In this document: positions 19,876 to 30,006 of the stretch, in pieces
Position numbering within the stretch: position 1 is the first letter of the stretch
Layout of the letters: each line of letters starts with the position of its first letter
Source: Syntrophales bacterium
GTDB taxonomy: Bacteria; Desulfobacterota; Syntrophia; Syntrophales; UBA2210
Reading direction: 5' to 3'
DNA: 64,000 nucleotides
NCBI GenBank assembly: GCA_963666365.2
Contig: CAXXNF010000002.1
Location: forward strand, 96,001 to 160,000
Program-made: the position numbers and the translations under genes
The notes under the pieces: model-generated
Databases searched by the model: none
What the model was told of the DNA's origin: nothing
What the model saw: only the letters and a program-made list of their open reading frames with translations

Positions 19876-21335
19876 TGCGGTCATTCGGGTTCAAAATCGG
19901 ATTCTTCCTGGCCGCCTTTCTGTGCATGACGATCATTATGCTGCTCCCCTCACCCGAACCGCTGCAACGCGCCGGCGAACAGATTCCTCTTGTCTGGCAG
20001 GCAAAGGCAACGCTCGCGCTCCTTATCGCCGCCATAATCCTCTGGATTACCGAGGTCATCCCCTTCAGTGTGACGGCCCTTCTCATTATGCTGCTGATTC
20101 CCGTTTTCGGGATTGAACCCTTCAAGGAGGTCATTCGTACAGGCTTCGGCAATCCGATCATTGCCTTTTTTATCGGCGTGCTTATTCTGTCGTCGGCCTT
20201 CAGCCGCTCCGGTTTCGGAAGCCGCTTGAGCTACCTCATCCTGTTTGTCACGGGATCGAAAACGAAAATGGTTATTCTGGGATTTCTCATTGCGGGCACG
20301 CTGCTTTCCATGTGGATTACCGATATGGCGGTGGCGGCGATCCTTATGCCTCTGGGCGCTGCCCTGCTCAGGAAGACCGGAGTGAAGCCGATGGAGAGTA
20401 ATTTCGGAAAGGCCCTGATGATCTCCTGCGCCTGGGGACCTCTCTTCGGAGGCATCGCCACTCCGGCGGGCTGCGGACCGAATCCTCTGGCCATAGGATT
20501 TCTCAGGGAGCTGGCCAAGATCGACATTACCTTTCTCCAGTGGATGGCGCTGGGGCTTCCCGCCGCGCTGCTGATGATTCCCGCGGGATGGCTTGTGCTG
20601 ATCTTTTTTTTTCCTCCTGAGATAGAGCGAATTCCGTTCGAGCGTCTCGAAATTCGCCATCGGCTTGCCGAGATGGGGCGCCTTCAGGTGAAGGAGCGAT
20701 GGACGCTGGTCATATTTCTTCTGACCATCGCAGGCTGGCTTTTGACCCCCTGTGTCGCATCCCTCACAGGGGGAAAAATTGCCATGCCCATGCAGGCGAT
20801 TGCCCTGGGTGGCGCAGTGCTTCTCTTTTTTCCCGGCATCGAGGTGCTTTCCTGGAAGGAGGCCCAGGCGGATGTGGACTGGGGTGGGATTGTGCTTATC
20901 TGTGCGGGAATTGCCATCGGCATGGCTGTCTATCATACGGGCGCGGCCCGGTGGCTCTCATGGGTGTTTCTGGGACCCCTGGTTCAATTGCCGGGCGTTG
21001 TCAGGGTGTTTGTCATTGTGGCCGGGGTAAGCGTGCTGCATCTGGCCTTTTCCAGCAATACCGTGACGGGAACGATTATTATTCCCCTGTTGATTGCCCT
21101 GGCCGCCGATCTTCACATCAATCCCTGGCTCATCTGTGCGCCGGCGGCCTTTTCGTCGTCCCTGGCCTTTATCCTGGTGACGGAAACGCCTACCAATGTG
21201 ATCCCCTATTCGGCGGGATACTTCGCCATCAGGGATATGGCCCGGGCGGGCATTGCCATGACACTGGCGGCCGCCCTGTGCGTGGGATTTTCCATACATG
21301 TCTTCGGCAGGCTGGGAGGCATATACGGGATGTAG
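19872..21335 (+). CDS. DASS/SLC13 anion (carboxylate) symporter
   Basis: LWITEVIP, SMWITD, GGIATPAG.GPN, SSNT, TPTN motifs. Confidence 0.9.
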   Translation: MMRSFGFKIGFFLAAFLCMTIIMLLPSPEPLQRAGEQIPLVWQAKATLALLIAAIILWITEVIPFSVTALLIMLLIPVFGIEPFKEVIRTGFGNPIIAFFIGVLILSSAFSRSGFGSRLSYLILFVTGSKTKMVILGFLIAGTLLSMWITDMAVAAILMPLGAALLRKTGVKPMESNFGKALMISCAWGPLFGGIATPAGCGPNPLAIGFLRELAKIDITFLQWMALGLPAALLMIPAGWLVLIFFFPPEIERIPFERLEIRHRLAEMGRLQVKERWTLVIFLLTIAGWLLTPCVASLTGGKIAMPMQAIALGGAVLLFFPGIEVLSWKEAQADVDWGGIVLICAGIAIGMAVYHTGAARWLSWVFLGPLVQLPGVVRVFVIVAGVSVLHLAFSSNTVTGTIIIPLLIALAADLHINPWLICAPAAFSSSLAFILVTETPTNVIPYSAGYFAIRDMARAGIAMTLAAALCVGFSIHVFGRLGGIYGM

Positions 21336-21353
21336 GAAGGAGGCGCGGGCGTG

Positions 21354-22376
21354 ATGAAAGCCGTTGTCTATGACAAAGAAAAAAAGCTGGTCCTTCGCGA
21401 AGTTCCCATGCCGGAACCTGGTGAAGGGGAGGTGCTGATTCGGGTGGCCGACTGCGGATTCTGCGGGTCCGACCACTCGATTATCGAGAGTGGAAGCCTG
21501 CAGGACGGCGTCATCGTGGGACACGAGGTAAGCGGCATTGCGGTGGAGGAGGGCGGAGGTGCACAAAGGGGTGCGCCGGAAAACCCTGTCATTATCCGTC
21601 CGACCTGGTGCGGTGTCTGCCGGGACTGTCGGGCCGGAAGGCCCTATCTCTGTCAGAGGGATCGGCGAACCATCGGTCTTGGCGATTACCCTGGAGGATT
21701 TGCCGAATACCTGAAAGTGGATCGGCGCATGCTGATTCCCGTTCCTGAGGGTGTGGATTCTCAAAATGCCGCACTGGCCGAGGCATTTGCCGCTTCGCTC
21801 CATGGCATCCGTGTGTCGGGGCGTGAAGGGGGGTCGGCCCTGGTAATCGGCGGAGGGGCCATCGGGCTTGCCCTTGTGCGGCTTCTTGCGCTTATGGGGT
21901 TCGGGCCGATTGTCCTTTCTGAGCCGGTGAAGGGGAAGCGGGATCTTGCCTGCAGTCTCGGCGCCCACGACACAATCGACCCCGTTGAGGAAAACGCGCT
22001 GCTCAAGGTGATGGAGCTTACCGGTGGCTGCGGGTTTGAGGCGGTATTTGAGTGCTCCGGTGCGAATGATGCCGTCGGGACAGCCATCGGTGCCGCCGCC
22101 AACGGCGGAACCGTGACCATCGTGAGCATCATTATGCACAACGTCGAGATTATGCCCCTGGCACTTAACTTCAAGGAGATCTGCCTCAGGGGATCTTACT
22201 CGAACACTCACGAGGAGAATATCCAGTGCCTTCAGTGGATGGCCGAAGGAAAACTTGACGGACGGCCTCTGATTACCGATGTGATCGCGCTGTCCGACCT
22301 TCCACGCGTCTATGATGAGCGCATACATGTGGGAAAGGCCATAAAGGTGATGATTGCAATAGGCGACGAGTTTTAG
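21354..22376 (+). CDS. Zn-dependent (MDR) alcohol dehydrogenase
   Basis: CGSD, GHE, structural CGVCRDC...C, GGGAIG. Confidence 0.92.
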   Translation: MKAVVYDKEKKLVLREVPMPEPGEGEVLIRVADCGFCGSDHSIIESGSLQDGVIVGHEVSGIAVEEGGGAQRGAPENPVIIRPTWCGVCRDCRAGRPYLCQRDRRTIGLGDYPGGFAEYLKVDRRMLIPVPEGVDSQNAALAEAFAASLHGIRVSGREGGSALVIGGGAIGLALVRLLALMGFGPIVLSEPVKGKRDLACSLGAHDTIDPVEENALLKVMELTGGCGFEAVFECSGANDAVGTAIGAAANGGTVTIVSIIMHNVEIMPLALNFKEICLRGSYSNTHEENIQCLQWMAEGKLDGRPLITDVIALSDLPRVYDERIHVGKAIKVMIAIGDEF

Positions 22377-22388
22377 GGAGACCGGTGC

Positions 22389-24266
22389 ATGAAGGGGTAC
22401 ATGGGAAAAATTCTCCTTGTGGATCTGACAACGCAACAGGTGGAATCACTGCCTCTTGAGGAGGAGCTTGCTCGGGCCTATCTGGGAGGAAATGGCCTGG
22501 CGGTGCGCCTGCTCCACGAACGTCTTTCCGCCGATGTCGAGCCATTGTCGAGGGAAAACGTAGTGGTTTTTGCGACGGGGCCCTTCAATGAGTCGCCTGT
22601 GTGGGGGACCGGGCGGGGGCACGTAGCGTCGCTTTCGCCGCTGACCGGCTTGTATATGGACTCAAATTTCGGCGGAAATTTTGCCTCCATGCTAAAACGT
22701 TCCGGCTTCGATGCGCTGGTGATCACGGGGGAGGCGTCAGTACCGGTCTACCTGAGAATTATCGCCGGCAATGCTTCCTTTCGGTCGGCACGGGATCTGT
22801 GGGGGATGAGAACGAAGGAATGCCGTGATATGCTGGCTGCACGGGAGGGGAAGGGAATTGAAAGCGCGATAATCGGTCCTGCCGGTGAACGGGGAGTGCT
22901 CTATGCGGGGATCATGTGCAGTGGATCGAGACAGAGCGCGGCCGGACGGGGAGGAATAGGGGCGGTTCTGGGAAAGAAAAAACTCAAGGCCGTGGTGGCA
23001 GGCGGAAAAGGCGCCATTGAGTGCGCCGACGGAGAAGGACTCAGGGCCTGGTTGAAGGAGCGTCTCCCCGGCGTCAGGCAGAAGGCGGCGCCTCTTTCCA
23101 CCATGGGAACCCCCTTTCTTGTCAATATTATAAATGCCAGGGGCATGCTTGCAACGAGGAACAACAGCCGGGAAATATTTGAAAAGGCCGATGCATTGAG
23201 CGGAGAGAGGATCCGTGACCATTTTCGCAGGAAAGACGTGGCCTGCCGGGGGTGTCCCGTCGCCTGCGGAAAACTTGTGAACGATTCCACCGGGAGACCG
23301 GTCAAGATGCCGGAGTATGAAACGCTCTATGCCATGGGATCCATGCTCGATAACGCAGATCTTCTCTCAATAATCGATGCCAATGCCATGTGCGACGAAG
23401 TGGGTATCGACACAATCAGCTTCGGCGTCACGCTTGCCTTCCTGATGGAATGTATGGAGCGCGACATCGTGTCGCCGCAGGAAGTGGACATGGAGATTGC
23501 CTTCGGCAGTGCCAGTGGACTTGCTGAACTGGTGCGCAGGACCGGCTATCGCGAAGGCGCTGCAGGCGAGCTTCTCGCGCTTGGCTCGGAGCGGTTGGCC
23601 CAAGGGTTCGGTGGCGACGCGCATAAATTCCTTTATACGCAGCAGGGTCTCGAAATGGCGGGCCATTCGGCCCGGGGGCTTCGGAATATGGGGCTCGCCT
23701 ACGCTACCTCGAACCGGGGTGGAAGCCATCATGACGCCCGGCCCAATTATGCGGGGGATGCACGAGATACGAGCTTTGAAAGGCAACCCGAATATTGCAT
23801 GGAAAGCGAGCACAACACGGCAATAGGAGATTCGCTGGTCATGTGTCGGTTTATTCAGGAGCGCCTCTTCGGAGCGCACTTGAACGAGGTCTATCTCTAC
23901 CCGCTGCGTGCGGTGACAGGCTGGGATGTGGGGCTTTCGGAGCTGCAACAAATCGCCGAAAGAATCTACACCCTGGAACGATTGATTAATGTGGCGAGGG
24001 GGGCAGATCGTGAGACCGTGCAACTTCCCTGGAGGGTGATGCATGAACCCATACCGGAAGGACCCAGTGCCGGCCGACACGTACCGCAGCATGAGCTTTT
24101 ATGTATGCTTGATCGATACTATGCCCTTCGCGGGTGGGATGGCAGGGGTATTCCCACGGCGAAGAAACTGAGGGAGCTCAATCTCTTACCATATGTACAG
24201 GATCAGTCATGGGATCGAAGGAACGAAGAGAACGGGAACGGGAACAACGGCGCGCTGAAATACTGA
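22389..24266 (+). CDS. aor: Aldehyde:ferredoxin oxidoreductase (W-AOR family)
   Basis: GYMGKILLVDL, SPLTG, AGRGGIGAV.G.KKLKAV, CRGCPVAC, PEYET, DTIS, YYALRGWD. Confidence 0.92.
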   Translation: MKGYMGKILLVDLTTQQVESLPLEEELARAYLGGNGLAVRLLHERLSADVEPLSRENVVVFATGPFNESPVWGTGRGHVASLSPLTGLYMDSNFGGNFASMLKRSGFDALVITGEASVPVYLRIIAGNASFRSARDLWGMRTKECRDMLAAREGKGIESAIIGPAGERGVLYAGIMCSGSRQSAAGRGGIGAVLGKKKLKAVVAGGKGAIECADGEGLRAWLKERLPGVRQKAAPLSTMGTPFLVNIINARGMLATRNNSREIFEKADALSGERIRDHFRRKDVACRGCPVACGKLVNDSTGRPVKMPEYETLYAMGSMLDNADLLSIIDANAMCDEVGIDTISFGVTLAFLMECMERDIVSPQEVDMEIAFGSASGLAELVRRTGYREGAAGELLALGSERLAQGFGGDAHKFLYTQQGLEMAGHSARGLRNMGLAYATSNRGGSHHDARPNYAGDARDTSFERQPEYCMESEHNTAIGDSLVMCRFIQERLFGAHLNEVYLYPLRAVTGWDVGLSELQQIAERIYTLERLINVARGADRETVQLPWRVMHEPIPEGPSAGRHVPQHELLCMLDRYYALRGWDGRGIPTAKKLRELNLLPYVQDQSWDRRNEENGNGNNGALKY

Positions 24267-24820
24267 AAACAGCGAGAGAAATCCTTTTTAAAAAGGGGAT
24301 AGACGCAACTTCCATCAATGCAGTTGCGCGGAAGGCTGAACTCAGCGTCGGCACCATTTACCTTTATTTCGAGAACAAGGAGGCTCTTTTGGCGGCACTT
24401 CAGGAGGAGGGGCTCGATCTTCTCTACGACTGCATACGACAGGCGGAAAAGTCCGAACTTTCCCCTCGCGGGAAACTTCGCGCCATGGGGCTTGCCTATC
24501 TCGAGTTCAGCGAGCGGCACCGGAAGTATTTTGACGTAATCAATTATTTCCTGGTCTCGCCGAAGGTCATCTTTTCGCCTGTGCTTAAGGCACGGGTGGA
24601 CGAGCACGTCTCCTCCATCATCACATTGGTGGAAGAGGTGATGGGAGGAGATAAAACCGCCTGTAACGGAAGAGACCGCCGCCTCTGTGCATTCGTGTTC
24701 TGCACTGCACTTCATGGCATACTGCAATTCAAAAAGCTCCGAGAAACCGTGCTCGGAGGGGAGGAGTTCTGCACTTTCTATAGTTCCTGTCTCGAAAATA
24801 TCATCGACGGCATGCACTAA
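24209..24820 (+). CDS. TetR/AcrR family regulator
   Basis: ILKTAREILFKKG...AVARKAELSVGTIYLYFENKEAL; overlaps the aor 3' end by 58 bp. Confidence 0.9.
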   Translation: MGSKERREREREQRRAEILKTAREILFKKGIDATSINAVARKAELSVGTIYLYFENKEALLAALQEEGLDLLYDCIRQAEKSELSPRGKLRAMGLAYLEFSERHRKYFDVINYFLVSPKVIFSPVLKARVDEHVSSIITLVEEVMGGDKTACNGRDRRLCAFVFCTALHGILQFKKLRETVLGGEEFCTFYSSCLENIIDGMH

Positions 24821-25043
24821 TGCAGCCGAATCTTACATCAAAATAATCAGGAAAAACATTGTGCCCAGAATAAAACTTTGGCATACAATAGACACAGAAT
24901 CCGTCACGCAGTTCGCGTTAGTGGCTATAGGGGGAATATGCCGATTAATGGAGCGGTATGATGTCAGCATCTCCGTGGCTGCGTCGATATCAAAAATGTA
25001 TAACCAAGTTTCACACTCCAGTCAGTAAGAAAGGAGACAAGGG

Positions 25044-25856
25044 ATGAAACGGAAAAAGGTAGTGTTTGTCGTAAGCATATTGGTTTCGACATGCATAGCA
25101 ATCCTGTTGCAACCGTCCGTGAGGGCTCAGGAGGCAACCGGCACTGATAACACAGGGGTGGCGGTAGTGCGAGCTTATGGTCCCAGTGGTCCCGTTCCTG
25201 CGATGCAGGAAGCCGCAAAGGCATTTGAGAAAAAAAGGGGGATTCCTGTGGAAATCAGAGCTGGCGCTACACCGATATGGAAAGATCGGGCGATGAACGA
25301 TGCAGATTTGATCTTCAGCGGTTCACAGTGCATGATGACCGACTTTGTGCAGAAACAACTCCCCGGGCTGATCGACACATCGACGATCCTTACATTGTAC
25401 CTGCGTCCGTCTGCAATCCTTGTCCGCCCGGGCAATCCGAAAGGGATCAAAGGCATCAAGGATCTTGCCAAACCGGGGATTCGGGTTCTCGTGGTTCAGG
25501 GCGCCGGGCAGGTTGGCATGTGGGAAGATGTGGTCGGCCGAACGGGGAATGTCAAACTTCTAGAATCCGTGCGCCGTAATATCGGTTTCTTCGCATCAAA
25601 CAGTAATGAGGCAAAAAACCTATGGGCCAGCGATCCAACCTATGATGTATGGCTCGTCTGGACCATCTGGCAAAAAGAGAATCCCGATGCTGCCGATTTA
25701 ATTGAGATTGAACCGGGACACACAATCTATCGCTCTTGCGGCATTGCAGTCACAAACCGTTCGGAGAGAAAGGCATTGGGAAAGGAGTTTATCGATTTCC
25801 TTCAGTCTCCGGCGGGACAAACAATATTCGTGAAATGGGGCTGGCTGGCGCCATAG
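25044..25856 (+). CDS. acfC: AcfC-like periplasmic anion-binding protein
   Basis: Signal peptide; YGPSGP.PAM, DADLIFSGS, LYLRPS.ILVRPGNPK.I, GAGQVG.WED, IF.KWGW. Confidence 0.8.
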   Translation: MKRKKVVFVVSILVSTCIAILLQPSVRAQEATGTDNTGVAVVRAYGPSGPVPAMQEAAKAFEKKRGIPVEIRAGATPIWKDRAMNDADLIFSGSQCMMTDFVQKQLPGLIDTSTILTLYLRPSAILVRPGNPKGIKGIKDLAKPGIRVLVVQGAGQVGMWEDVVGRTGNVKLLESVRRNIGFFASNSNEAKNLWASDPTYDVWLVWTIWQKENPDAADLIEIEPGHTIYRSCGIAVTNRSERKALGKEFIDFLQSPAGQTIFVKWGWLAP

Positions 25857-26128
25857 ACTGATTGGTTCCCTTTCGCTCAATCGCCGTGTTTCCTCTTTAA
25901 GAATTGTATCTGCCGAACGAGACAGCCGCCTAAGTACCTTTTCCGGCGATATTGAATCGCTTCTGGGTTGCCATGGGGAACATCCTGAAAGAGTGAAAAC
26001 GAATACTATGGTGAAGAGAAATTCTTCAGCTCTTCTGTGATGCAACATTTTCAAATCCGCTTTTTGCATACCCATGATAACCTTTCGTAAGTGTTTTCGT
26101 GGTGTGTGTCAAATACGTATACCCATAG

Positions 26129-27757
26129 TTACGGTGTATAAAGCACCACCAGACAGCGGGTGGTTTCGTCGGAGATGCTTTTCAGCCTGTGAGGGATTTC
26201 TGAGTTGAAACGGATCGATTCATGGGGTTTGAGGCGGTGGTTCTTGCCGCCCAGGGTAAGCTCCAGCGTTCCTTCCATGACGTATATGAACTCCTCCCCC
26301 TCGTGCTTATAGGCCACGGGTTTGTGGGCCTGCCATGGTTCGATGGTCACCATAAAGGAACGGAGGTGCTCCTGTCCGCCATCCGGCGTCAATGTTCGAT
26401 ATGAATAATTCTGTGTTCTCGTCACGAATTCCTGAACCCGCCGTTCCCTGATTTCCTTTTTTTCGCGGTTCGACAGGAATGTATCCGGATTGATCTTGAG
26501 AATCTGGGAGAGCCGAAGGAGAAAGGCAACCGAAGGCGATGTTTCATCATCTTCGAATTGTGCGATGGCTTCAGGCGTCTGCCCGGTGGCCTGTGCCAGT
26601 GATTCCGGTGTGAATCCGTGGGTCTCACGAAGTGTGCGAAGCTTTTCTCCAAAGGTCGCCGGGCGGTCGCCGTCGGCTTCTTTCCGAGCATCCTGAAGGC
26701 TGTCGGCAAGACCGCGCATGACGGTCTGTCTGATCTTGGCCGTCAAAAGGGGCAGAATTGATGCGGCATCGGCGATGATTCCGATATCGGCCAGCTCAAA
26801 AATGGGGGCCATCGGATCGCGGTTGATGGCGATTATGGTTTCCGATTCGGTGATGCCGGCGGTGTACTGCACCGCGCCGGAGGTTCCCACCGAGATGAGC
26901 AGGCGCGGCCTGATCGTCTTGCCTGTCTGACCGATCAGACAGTCCTCCCGAGTCCAGTGCAAAAGGACCGGCGGGCGCGAGGCGCCCAGTTCGCCACCCA
27001 GGGCGGAGGCAAGTTCACGTACAAGGGCAAAGCCTTCGGTTGAACCAAGACCGGCGCCTCCCACTACGACGATGTCGGCATCTTCCAGTTTTTTTTGCGA
27101 TGCCGGTTCCAGCGATCGTTCGATAAGGGTGATCCCGTCGGCCCGGGATGGCGCCGGAAGGGCCATCGGAATCAGGATTCCCTGATGTCCTGACACTTCA
27201 TAAAGCGCCTGTTCCCGAGGCTGCACGGTGGCGAACCCCGGCTTCCGGTAATTTTCAGTATAGGTTATTTCGGCCAGCACTTCCCCTCCCCAGGAGGGGC
27301 AGGCGGCGATGAACCGGTTGTCCCGCAGGGAGATGTCAATACAATCAGCGATCAGTCCCGCATTGCAAAGGCGAGCTGTCCGGGCGGCGAGTTCGCGGCC
27401 GAAATCGCTGAGGGGGAAGAGGACAAGCAGCGGACTTTTCGCTGTGACCGCATGGCTGAGAATCGGTGCAAAGAGATCCGTACGCGCTATGGCAAGGACC
27501 TCGTCATCGAAGAGGTATACATGATCGGCGCCGTGGGCGATCAGGCGTTTTGCAGTGTCATCCATGGGCACTTCATCGCCCGTGAGAAGATCCGCCTGTT
27601 TGCGGTTGTGTTGCGATGAACCCGCAAGGATCGCGCCTGTTTTGGCCGGCAGTGCTTCGCCTAAACGGCGGGCCAGCGACAGAATCCTGAGGCTCTCCGT
27701 GAAGTGCCGTTCGTTCCTCCTGTCGGCGAAAACCCATAGTTCTTTTTCATGCGTCAT
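26129..27757 (-). CDS. etfA: EtfA fused to a C-terminal XRE-HTH + cupin domain
   Basis: LGASRPPV, IGQTGKTI.P, GTSGAVQY.AG, AINRD..APIF; then FGEKLRTLRE..G HTH and HEGEEFIYV.EG cupin, in one uninterrupted frame. Confidence 0.9.
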   Translation of the reverse strand: MTHEKELWVFADRRNERHFTESLRILSLARRLGEALPAKTGAILAGSSQHNRKQADLLTGDEVPMDDTAKRLIAHGADHVYLFDDEVLAIARTDLFAPILSHAVTAKSPLLVLFPLSDFGRELAARTARLCNAGLIADCIDISLRDNRFIAACPSWGGEVLAEITYTENYRKPGFATVQPREQALYEVSGHQGILIPMALPAPSRADGITLIERSLEPASQKKLEDADIVVVGGAGLGSTEGFALVRELASALGGELGASRPPVLLHWTREDCLIGQTGKTIRPRLLISVGTSGAVQYTAGITESETIIAINRDPMAPIFELADIGIIADAASILPLLTAKIRQTVMRGLADSLQDARKEADGDRPATFGEKLRTLRETHGFTPESLAQATGQTPEAIAQFEDDETSPSVAFLLRLSQILKINPDTFLSNREKKEIRERRVQEFVTRTQNYSYRTLTPDGGQEHLRSFMVTIEPWQAHKPVAYKHEGEEFIYVMEGTLELTLGGKNHRLKPHESIRFNSEIPHRLKSISDETTRCLVVLYTP

Positions 27758-27775
27758 AATTTTTGTGCATCCATT

Positions 27776-28552
27776 TCAGCCGATGAGTCCGGATTTCCTG
27801 ATGGCGTCAACAAGCGCCGCTGCCTGTGTTTCCACCGGCCCTCCGATAAATTCGCAGTGCCGCTCCCGCGCTGCCTGCTTCAATGAAAAGACCTCTGTGA
27901 GAGAACCGTTCTTTCCGACGCGGTCTTCTTGAAGATCGAGGTCTTCAAGCGACCACGTGATGATTTCTTTCTGTGTGTAGGCCTCTTCGATGTGTGCGAG
28001 CGGGATATCCCGGGGGATGCAGGCGGTGGGATGCACGGTAAGGGCGGTCGGGAAACTCAGCGCGTAGAGTTCTCTAAACTCGTCTATTTTTCGTTCCACC
28101 CGGCAGGAGTCGTCCTTCCATTCACAGACAAGGACGCCTGTGACAATGGGAATGCCCAGGGCCTCCGCCGTCTGCGGTCCCACGTGGCCGGTGTCGCTGT
28201 CGGCCGCTCTGGCCCCGAATATCACCAGATCATAGGGGGCGAGTCTGGTAATTGCTGCGGCGAGCGCCGTGGATGTTGCCAGGGTGTCCGAATCGGCGAA
28301 ACGAGTGTCGCTGAGAAGCACTCCCCCGGATGCGCCCATGGCCATAGCCTCGTAGAGCGCAAAGGCGCAGGACGGAGGTCCCATGGTAATAACCGTCAGG
28401 GCGCCTGCGCGGGTCTCGGCAATGGCCAGCGCCTTTTCAAGGGCTATGCGGTCGAAGGGGTTCAGCACTGCCGTGTCGGAGTTGCGGCCTGCGCCTTTCC
28501 CCGATGCGTGTAACGTGACGGCCTTGATGCACACAATGCAATGAAATTTCAT
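27776..28552 (-). CDS. etfB: Electron transfer flavoprotein beta subunit
   Basis: VCIK.V, LNPFD..ALE.AL, TMGP, DTLATS, DSDTGHVGP. Confidence 0.92.
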   Translation of the reverse strand: MKFHCIVCIKAVTLHASGKGAGRNSDTAVLNPFDRIALEKALAIAETRAGALTVITMGPPSCAFALYEAMAMGASGGVLLSDTRFADSDTLATSTALAAAITRLAPYDLVIFGARAADSDTGHVGPQTAEALGIPIVTGVLVCEWKDDSCRVERKIDEFRELYALSFPTALTVHPTACIPRDIPLAHIEEAYTQKEIITWSLEDLDLQEDRVGKNGSLTEVFSLKQAARERHCEFIGGPVETQAAALVDAIRKSGLIG

Positions 28553-28563
28553 CCGTTCAAATC

Positions 28564-29715
28564 CTAAGGTGCGTATTCATCGAGAATCCTCCTGGCGATC
28601 ACCACGCGGTGAATTTCCGATGTTCCCTCATAGATGCGCGTGACCCGGGCATCGCGATAGTATCGTTCGACGGCGTAGGCTTTAGAATAGCCATATCCCC
28701 CGTGAATCTGCACGGCTTTGTCGGTTACCGTGCTCGATGCCTCCGATGCGAAAAGCTTTGCCATGGCCGCTTCTTGGGAGAAGGGACTCCCGGTGTCCCG
28801 GAGTATTGCCGTTCGATACACCAGAAGCCGTGCGGCGTCTACTGTCGTTGCCATGTCGGCGAGCATGATCTGAATCGCCTGGTGATTTCCTATGGGAACG
28901 CCGAACTGTCGCCGCTGACGGGCGTAGCGGGCCGATGCTTCCAAGGCCGCTTGGGCGATGCCCAAGGCCTGGGCGGCAATGCCCATGCGCCCCGTATCGA
29001 GGGTTGCAAGGGCGATTTGAAGTCCCGTGCCTTCCTTTCCCAAAAGGTTTTCCAGAGGTACCGGGCAGTCATAAAGGCGCAGGGAGCATACGGGATTTGC
29101 ACGCATGCCGGAAAGGTCTTCCAGATCTCCCACCACGAACCCTGGAGTGCCCCGCTCTGCTATGATGACGCTGATGCCCTTTCTTCCGGCGGCAGGGTCA
29201 GTACGTGCAAAGATGAGACATACATCGGCGACGGCGCCGTTTGATACAAAAACCTTGTTCGCGTTGACCAGGTAGAAGGTGTCCTTTCGCAGCGCCGTTG
29301 CCTCAATGGCTGCGGCGTCGGAGCCCGCATTCGGTTCGGTCAGGCAGAAGGCGCCGATTTTTTCGCCTCGGGCCAGAGAGGGGACCCATCGCCTTTTCTG
29401 GTCGTCAGTGCCGAAGTGCAGAATGGGATAGACTGCCACACTGTTGTGGACGGTCACCGTAAGCCCCATGGCACCGCTGGCGCGGGAGATTTCTTCTATG
29501 GTAACGGCATAGCTGAGAGAGTCGAGATCCGCTCCGCCATATTCCTTCGGCGCCTGCACGCCGAAATATCCAAGTTTCCCCATTATTTCAACTACTTCCC
29601 AGGGAAAGCGGGATTCCTGATCGATGGCGCCCGCGATGGGCGCAAGCTCCCGGTCGCAGAAGGATCTGACCGATCGGCGGACGGTACGCTGCTTTTCTGA
29701 TAAAAGAGTATTCAT
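28564..29715 (-). CDS. Acyl-CoA dehydrogenase (butyryl-CoA dehydrogenase-like)
   Basis: FCLTEPNAGSDA, QIHGGYGY, YRDARVTRIYEGTSEI. Confidence 0.93.
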   Translation of the reverse strand: MNTLLSEKQRTVRRSVRSFCDRELAPIAGAIDQESRFPWEVVEIMGKLGYFGVQAPKEYGGADLDSLSYAVTIEEISRASGAMGLTVTVHNSVAVYPILHFGTDDQKRRWVPSLARGEKIGAFCLTEPNAGSDAAAIEATALRKDTFYLVNANKVFVSNGAVADVCLIFARTDPAAGRKGISVIIAERGTPGFVVGDLEDLSGMRANPVCSLRLYDCPVPLENLLGKEGTGLQIALATLDTGRMGIAAQALGIAQAALEASARYARQRRQFGVPIGNHQAIQIMLADMATTVDAARLLVYRTAILRDTGSPFSQEAAMAKLFASEASSTVTDKAVQIHGGYGYSKAYAVERYYRDARVTRIYEGTSEIHRVVIARRILDEYAP

Positions 29716-30006
29716 CGGGCGCCTCTGATCATTGTGAAGAATGAAGAAGGAAAGTACCAGAAATAAAACCACAAGTCAATGCGGACTGCGTCAAACTTTC
29801 CCCCGGCAATCAACCGATACTTGCCCGGTATTTATTAGGTATTGCATTTTCTATACCCTTATGTTTTGTAGGTGTTCCAGGCATATCGCAAGGGAACGGT
29901 GCGGAAGAAGGCCCGCAGGTTTCTTTTTCTGCTTTCAATCATAGCGGTAAACGCAGACCCTATCCGCTTCAGGGGATTGCGGAAAATAAAAAAGGAGGAC
30001 AGGCAT

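Noticed and set aside
24879..24893. Sigma54 promoter upstream of acfC
   Set aside because: TGGCAT is present but there is no GC at the -12 position.
25698..26075. Lipoprotein gene (LSGC lipobox-like)
   Set aside because: The ORF runs antisense into acfC and has no recognisable domain; at most a remnant.
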